The notes beneath the pieces were generated by a model. That model saw only the letters and a program-made list of their open reading frames with translations, was not told where the DNA came from and searched no databases. A program made the position numbers and the translations under genes. A DNA stretch of 36,457 nucleotides from Octopus bimaculoides (lineage: Eukaryota), in NCBI RefSeq assembly GCF_001194135.2, contig NC_068982.1, positions 37,534,963 to 37,571,419 of the forward strand. The letters run 5' to 3'. The first letter of the stretch is position 1; each line of letters starts with the position of its first letter. Positions 33,601 to 36,457 of this stretch are shown here, piece after piece.

Positions 33601-34999
33601 TTATAAACTGCACTAATGATTATTGGTAGAACTATTAAGAGATTTTGTAGAAACTGCTCACTGTGGCTGTGTGGTTAGGAAGCTTGCTTTTCAACCACAT
33701 GGTTTCAGGCTCAGTCTCACTGCATGGCACCTTGGGCAAGTGTCTTCTGCTATAGCCTTGCTTGAACTGAAGCCTTGTGGTTGAATTTGGCAAGTGGAAA
33801 TTCCTGTCATGTGTGAAAGTGTTTGTGTCTCCTAACAGAGAGGAGGGATTTACAATCACCAGTTAAGTAAATCCCATAATAGTACATGTGTTTTATACTC
33901 TTTCTCTCTCTCATTATGCATGAGTTAGTTTAAATTAGAATATTCCACCAAACTTTCTTAAACATTAAAGGTATTTGTATATAGTTTGTGATGTCCATCA
34001 GGAGAGCCACAGATGACTATGATAATAGTATTGCCCAGCCACCTGAAGGCTTCAAGATCTCATATCCTATTGCCAGTGCTACACTGTGTTTGTAACAGAT
34101 ATTTAATTCTTAAAATTCAGTCTATAAGGATAATGTATAACTATATACTGGATTAATTTGTTTTCTTAATTTTAATTATGAAAATTATTGCTTCTGGCAA
34201 ATGAATGTTCAACATTTGGAAACCATATTTCTCATTCTTATGAGATATTGCAAAGAAATGAGTTTATCAGTTTAGTTTATCATCATCATCATCATCATCG
34301 TTTAACGTCCGCTTTCCATGCTAGCATGGGTTGGACGATTTGACTGAGGACTGGTGAAACCGGATGGCAACACCAGGCTCCAGTCTGATTTGGCAGAGTT
34401 TCTACAGCTGGATGCCCTTCCTAACGCCAACCACTCAGAGAGTGTAGTGGGTGCTTTTACGTGTCACCCGCACGAAAACGGCCACGCTCGAAATGGTGTC
34501 TTTTATGTGCCACCCGCACAGGCCAGTCCAGGGGCACTGGCAACGATCTCGCTCGAAAATCCTACAGGAGCCAGTCAGGCGGTACTGGCAACGGCCACGC
34601 TCAAAATGGTGCATCTCATGTGCCACCCGCACAAGAACCAGTCCAGGGGCACTGGCAACGATCTTACTTGGCTTGCCGGGTCTTCTCACGCACAGCCCAT
34701 TTCCAAAGGTCTCGGTCCGTAGTCATCGCCTCGGTGAGGCCCATATTTACTTTTTTTTCTTTTGTGATTGTCAGAATTTTATGTCTTCGATTATTTTTGA
34801 ATACTTTTGTTTTCTCTACCTATTTTCAGCTGATCCTATTTTGGATGCTTGGCATGGTGCAAGACAGTGGGCTCTTTCACCATTGGTTCATTCTTGCAGT
34901 GTTACCAGAGCTATGTATGAAGAAATGGGTGGCGAATATCTAATAGAACATGTTGCATCAAATCGATATTTTCCTACACCAGTTTTAGTTTCAAAATAA
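801..34999 (+). CDS. ACTR5: Actin-related protein 5 (INO80 subunit), 17 spliced coding exons; 5' exon(s) outside window
   Basis: Manually joined exons give one stop-free 1929-nt frame with all GT-AG introns and matching phases. Peptides match the Arp5 family: [103 protein letters not shown]. Confidence 0.96.
918..980. repeat. Compound (TG)/(TA)/(CA) microsatellite
   Basis: direct reading. Confidence 0.9.
1804..1920 (+). mobile_element. Degraded RTE 3'UTR/tail fragment
   Basis: tagaaac..gccaaatcaga ... catccaatctatgctagc ... gatgatga, similar to 4011-4160. Confidence 0.55.
2440..2600 (+). mobile_element. Old RTE-like ORF2 C-terminal fragment
   Basis: [22 protein letters not shown]..., resembling the G.R.RGRP..W C-terminus of RTE ORF2. 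Confidence 0.5.
2740..3800 (-). mobile_element. CR1/L2-like LINE, 5'-truncated and frameshifted RT plus C-terminus
   Basis: Across frames: [84 protein letters not shown]; several stops and frameshifts. Confidence 0.92.
4011..4160 (+). mobile_element. Young RTE 3'UTR tail fragment ending (GAT)n
   Basis: Near-identical reverse complement of 34300-34440 and 36246-36385. Confidence 0.85.
4837..4948 (+). CDS. ACTR5: ACTR5 exon 2: [37 protein letters not shown]
   Basis: tttcag| ... |gtaag, 112 nt, phase 0-1. Confidence 0.95.
4984..5100 (+). mobile_element. tRNA-derived SINE 5' part
   Basis: B-box-like GGTTCAGTCCC then ggcacc.tgggcaagtgtcttctgctatagcc; same family at 18086, 18962, 33655 and on - at 23075 and 27500. 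Confidence 0.8.
5179..5367 (+). mobile_element. RTE 3'UTR fragment
   Basis: aaaagcacccactacactctcagagtggttgg...catccagctgtagaaac...ggacgttaaacgatgatgatga. Confidence 0.75.
5518..5613 (+). CDS. ACTR5: ACTR5 exon 3: (Q)[31 protein letters not shown]
   Basis: ttccag| ... |gtatt, 96 nt, phase 1-1. Confidence 0.95.
6460..6653 (+). CDS. ACTR5: ACTR5 exon 4: (E)[19 protein letters not shown]...[18 protein letters not shown]
   Basis: taacag| ... |gtaagt, 194 nt, phase 1-0; actin phosphate-2 loop equivalent ([13 protein letters not shown]). Confidence 0.95.
8081..8088 (-). CDS. Possible terminal coding fragment of nested gene (H-D-stop)
   Basis: tcttcgttctgttag|AT GAT TGA fits phase 1; a competing acceptor at 8260 would give [20 protein letters not shown]. 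Confidence 0.3.
8439..8807 (-). CDS. Nested antisense gene, second coding exon ([13 protein letters not shown]...SSNLSGT)
   Basis: ttattgtag|GT completes Gly in frame with the previous exon; 369 nt open; ends ACT C|gtaagt (alternative donor at 8445); same composition as exon 10823-10601. Confidence 0.82.
9893..10121. other. Assembly gap (229 N) inside the nested gene's intron
   Basis: N run. Confidence 1.
10601..10823 (-). CDS. Nested antisense gene, first coding exon ([11 protein letters not shown]...FVNQTP-G), unknown low-complexity protein
   Basis: aaaaATG with an in-frame TGA three codons upstream; ends CCA G|gtatgt (phase 1); polypyrimidine tract and acceptor near 10891 suggest a spliced 5'UTR portion. 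Confidence 0.8.
11130..11246 (+). CDS. ACTR5: ACTR5 exon 5: [39 protein letters not shown]
   Basis: ctacag| ... |gtaagt, 117 nt, phase 0-0. Confidence 0.94.
11606..12135. mobile_element. Degraded inverted-repeat (MITE-like) element
   Basis: 11606-11737 is an imperfect reverse complement of ~11997-12135 (cataatcgtatgaat; aacacaaattc; ggtg.ttaaac). Confidence 0.5.
13821..13921. repeat. Tandem repeat, 3 x ~31-32 bp
   Basis: unit aatttttgctaattaaacagatttaactcaa. Confidence 0.9.
15422..15431. other. Assembly gap (10 N)
   Basis: N run after (TA)n. Confidence 1.
16114..16192. other. Assembly gap (79 N)
   Basis: N run. Confidence 1.
17665..17977 (-). mobile_element. tRNA-derived SINE, near full length
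   Basis: Minus strand: A-box-like TGACTTAGTGG, B-box-like GAGTTTGATTCCC, core tgtgtccttgagcaagacactttacttca; related fragment at 28230-28340. Confidence 0.8.
18086..18603 (+). mobile_element. Degraded SINE with RTE-like 3' tail
   Basis: SINE head (ggcatcttaggcaagtgtctt...atagcc) and tail (gggtatccagctgtagaaa...taatgatga). Confidence 0.6.
18962..19290 (+). mobile_element. Degraded tRNA-derived SINE
   Basis: gtgtggttaggaag...ttgggcaagtatctt...ccaaagccttatgag...ggaagggcatctg. Confidence 0.65.
19582..19680 (+). CDS. ACTR5: ACTR5 exon 6: [33 protein letters not shown]
   Basis: cctccag| ... |gtaaaa, 99 nt, phase 0-0. Confidence 0.93.
19933..20120 (-). mobile_element. Degraded RTE 3'UTR fragment
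   Basis: (CAT)n followed by tttccatgcttgtatggg...ctggatg-like and cttcctaatgccaa motifs. Confidence 0.65.
20896..22054. mobile_element. Non-autonomous foldback/long-TIR DNA transposon
   Basis: Inverted arms 20896-21304 and 21652-22054 (terminal GGCATAACTACAGATTTCT), 347-bp spacer, 8-bp direct repeat at the flanks, inserted into a SINE. Confidence 0.88.
22212..22301 (+). CDS. ACTR5: ACTR5 exon 7: [30 protein letters not shown]
   Basis: tttcag| ... |gtaagt, 90 nt, phase 0-0. Confidence 0.88.
23075..23240 (-). mobile_element. tRNA-derived SINE fragment
   Basis: reverse complement of the 4984-5100 family (cacaaggcttt...ctgaaccc..accacatggtt.ggaagcaag). Confidence 0.65.
24054..24179 (+). CDS. 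ACTR5: ACTR5 exon 8: [42 protein letters not shown]
   Basis: ctttcag| ... |gtattt, 126 nt, phase 0-0. Confidence 0.88.
24572..24619. repeat. (TA)24 microsatellite
   Basis: direct reading. Confidence 0.95.
24868..25020 (+). CDS. ACTR5: ACTR5 exon 9: [51 protein letters not shown]
   Basis: gaacag| ... |gtatgg, 153 nt, phase 0-0; L.IPD..LT motif of the Arp5 insertion. Confidence 0.88.
25195..25307 (-). mobile_element. tRNA-derived SINE head (ggcagaatc family)
   Basis: minus strand ttggcagaatcag...gagttcaaattcca.tgaggt.actttgccttc. Confidence 0.65.
25889..25972 (+). CDS. ACTR5: ACTR5 exon 10: [28 protein letters not shown]
   Basis: ttttcaag| (AAG acceptor) ... |gtaaag, 84 nt, phase 0-0. Confidence 0.83.
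26074..26182 (+). CDS. ACTR5: ACTR5 exon 11: [36 protein letters not shown]
   Basis: tttag| ... |gtatgt, 109 nt, phase 0-1; follows a 101-nt intron. Confidence 0.92.
27029..27096 (+). CDS. ACTR5: ACTR5 exon 12: (N)[22 protein letters not shown]
   Basis: ctttcag| ... |gtgagt, 68 nt, phase 1-0; D.FG..D.DW..Y motif. Confidence 0.93.
27500..27665 (-). mobile_element. tRNA-derived SINE fragment
   Basis: ggctatagtagaagac-like...gcagtggaactgagcctgaaaccatatgg...cttaatcatacagcc. Confidence 0.65.
27825..27919 (+). CDS. ACTR5: ACTR5 exon 13: [31 protein letters not shown]
   Basis: ttttag| ... |gtaagt, 95 nt, phase 0-2; L.EHDP.F motif. Confidence 0.93.
28902..28982 (+). CDS. ACTR5: ACTR5 exon 14: (K)[26 protein letters not shown]
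   Basis: attag| ... |gttagt, 81 nt, phase 2-2. Confidence 0.92.
29040..29720 (-). mobile_element. Old, heavily mutated RTE ORF2 fragment
   Basis: Relics of C..C.K.V..NSI.C..C, WE..LG.II, RLYD, LHGS..A.T.EDM.RL..NEM. Confidence 0.55.
29930..30320 (-). mobile_element. RTE 3' end (ORF2 C-terminus plus 3'UTR), degraded
   Basis: minus-strand ..[15 protein letters not shown]..; (CAT) tail and ctggatgcc..cctgatgccaaccac motif. Confidence 0.7.
30650..30767 (+). CDS. ACTR5: ACTR5 exon 15: (R)[39 protein letters not shown]
   Basis: ctgcag| ... |gtaagt, 118 nt, phase 2-0. Confidence 0.95.
31994..32470 (-). mobile_element. RTE 3'UTR fragment with internal minisatellite
   Basis: (CAT)n tail, gcatgggttggacgg, repeated ttttacgtgccacc / ggcaa(c/t)gacc units. 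Confidence 0.8.
32763..32874 (+). CDS. ACTR5: ACTR5 exon 16: [37 protein letters not shown]
   Basis: ttttcag| ... |gtaaaa, 112 nt, phase 0-1. Confidence 0.95.
33655..33860 (+). mobile_element. tRNA-derived SINE fragment
   Basis: gtggctgtgtggttaggaagcttgct...ggcaccttgggcaagtgtcttctgctatagcc. Confidence 0.8.
34281..34743 (-). mobile_element. Young 5'-truncated RTE LINE: last 25 codons of ORF2, minisatellite-bearing 3'UTR, (GAT)n tail
   Basis: Minus strand 34741-34664 = [25 protein letters not shown]; CpG-rich; 3 mismatches in ~212 nt against the 36246-36457 copy. Confidence 0.88.
34830..34999 (+). CDS. ACTR5: ACTR5 last exon: (A)[17 protein letters not shown]...[17 protein letters not shown]
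   Basis: ttttcag| acceptor, 170 nt to TAA; typical actin-family C-terminus (AW.G, YEE.G..Y..EH..SN). Confidence 0.95.
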
Positions 35000-35016
35000 A
35001 TTGGCTTTACATTAAA
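34995..35016 (+). terminator. Candidate ACTR5 polyadenylation signals
   Basis: AATAAA at 34995-35000 overlapping the TAA stop, ATTAAA at 35011-35016, T-rich tract ~35030-35040. Confidence 0.4.
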
Positions 35017-36222
35017 ATGTTTCTTAAAATTTTTTTTTTCCCGTTCATTTACTATTCTGTAGCCTCAGGTAGCAGTACATACTTCTTCATGAGGAGTTTT
35101 TGCCATGACCATCTTATAATTACAGAGAGTTGACTGCTATTTGTAACAAATTGAGGGACTGAGTTGGGCTTTCCTGGATTGGTAGTGATTGTATTGGTAA
35201 TAGTGGAGGTAAATGACAGTAATGCAAGGGTGACATTCATCAGGTGACAACACCTAGGGAAAAGTTTTTCAGAAGGAGTCAAGGTCAGAATATTGACACA
35301 GTTCACTGACATATCACCATTGCCACTACTTACAATAAAAACAATGCCCAAACCACCATCATCATTGCCTATAACATCACAACAATCATGACCACTATCT
35401 TTTATAAGTATGCAACTTTTGTCAATGGGGTTTATTAGTTCTGAGTTATATATAACAGGTCAAAAATTGTTCCCATCATTGTTGGATGTATTGCAACCTT
35501 TATGGGAATTACAATGACAAATCCACTAGAGTAGTATAATAAAGAGTAGAAAATAATATAAAAGGACCACATACACAAGCTGTAAATTCTCATCACTGGC
35601 AAAATTAAAATATCTGCTGTTTAAAGTGGCAGTTATATTTTTACTAGAGTTAACTGTGATAAAGACTTCTGGTATGAAAGGCAGATGAACAGATCACCTG
35701 GAGATCTGGATTTGGAAATCATCTGTCTTAGTGGTCACTAAACAGATACTGAAATTAAAGATGTAGCAGGTTGTTGTTTATAATTATCACATTAGACAGA
35801 TAAATTTGTCAGTAATTGATGGTACAGATGTAATTTTATTTTTCTCTTGAGACATGCAGACGGTTATGTGCATGTACTTTGTGAGGTGGATATCTTCAGA
35901 AGAAGAAACTTTAGTATTGAAAATGAAAGTGAAACTTATTGGAACTATTTGGTTGTGATGGCTCAGATCTCTCTAAAATTAGTTGCTTTGTTAATCTTAC
36001 AAGTAATCCTCATGCTTGTCAATATATATAGGTGAAGAGTATTTATCACAAAAGAGTAGCATAAATAAGTGAAGTAGACATATTGGCTATTGTAATGGAG
36101 TAATACTGTGAGAGCTTTCTAAGTTGATTGGCAGCAAGGAAAAAAAAAATTAGTGCATACATTAAGACACTCATGAATGCGAAAGGAAGATAAAATAAGA
36201 GCTTGTGATGTATCACTTGCAA

Positions 36223-36457
36223 TCATCATCATCATCATCATCATCGTTTAACGTCCGCTTTCCATGCTAGCATGGGTTGGACGATTTGACTGAGGACTGG
36301 TGAAACCGGATGGCAACACCAGGCTCCAATCTAATTTGGCAGAGTTTCTACAGCTGGATGCCCTTCCTAACGCCAACCACTCAGAGAGTGTAGTGGGTGC
36401 TTTTACGTGTCACCCGCACGAAAACGGCCACACTCGAAATGGTGTCTTTTATGTGCC
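36223..36457 (-). mobile_element. Young RTE 3' end, truncated by window edge
   Basis: (CAT)n plus near identity to 34300-34510. Confidence 0.88.

Noticed and set aside
34451-34999. 182-aa + strand ORF, and overlapping ORFs 34354-34722, 34461-34943 and 34435-34689
   Set aside because: GC-rich RTE minisatellite happens to be open and in frame with the real last ACTR5 exon; only 34830-34999 is coding.

Overview
AT-rich, intron-rich animal genomic DNA, most likely an Octopus or related coleoid cephalopod (inferred from the SINE/RTE repeat families), with three assembly gaps. The main content is the + strand gene for actin-related protein 5 (ACTR5/Arp5, an INO80 complex subunit). I reconstructed 17 GT-AG coding exons from 801 to 34999 with consistent phases (1929 nt, 642 codons plus stop); the first exon(s) lie upstream of the window. 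Exon and intron numbers below count from the first exon visible in the window. Intron 4 hides an antisense nested gene missed by single-ORF reading: exons 10823-10601 and 8807-8439 splice in frame to a ~197-aa Met/Gln/Tyr/Ser/Gly-rich low-complexity protein with no Arg or Glu and no homolog I recognise. Upstream of it on its own strand lies a CpG-retaining stretch of intron 5. Introns also contain RTE and CR1-like LINE fragments, tRNA-derived SINEs and a 1.16-kb foldback element with ~400-bp inverted arms and an 8-bp target-site duplication that splits a SINE. I found no multi-gene novel system; the nested orphan gene is the best candidate for something undescribed. All homology statements are from memory, not database searches.
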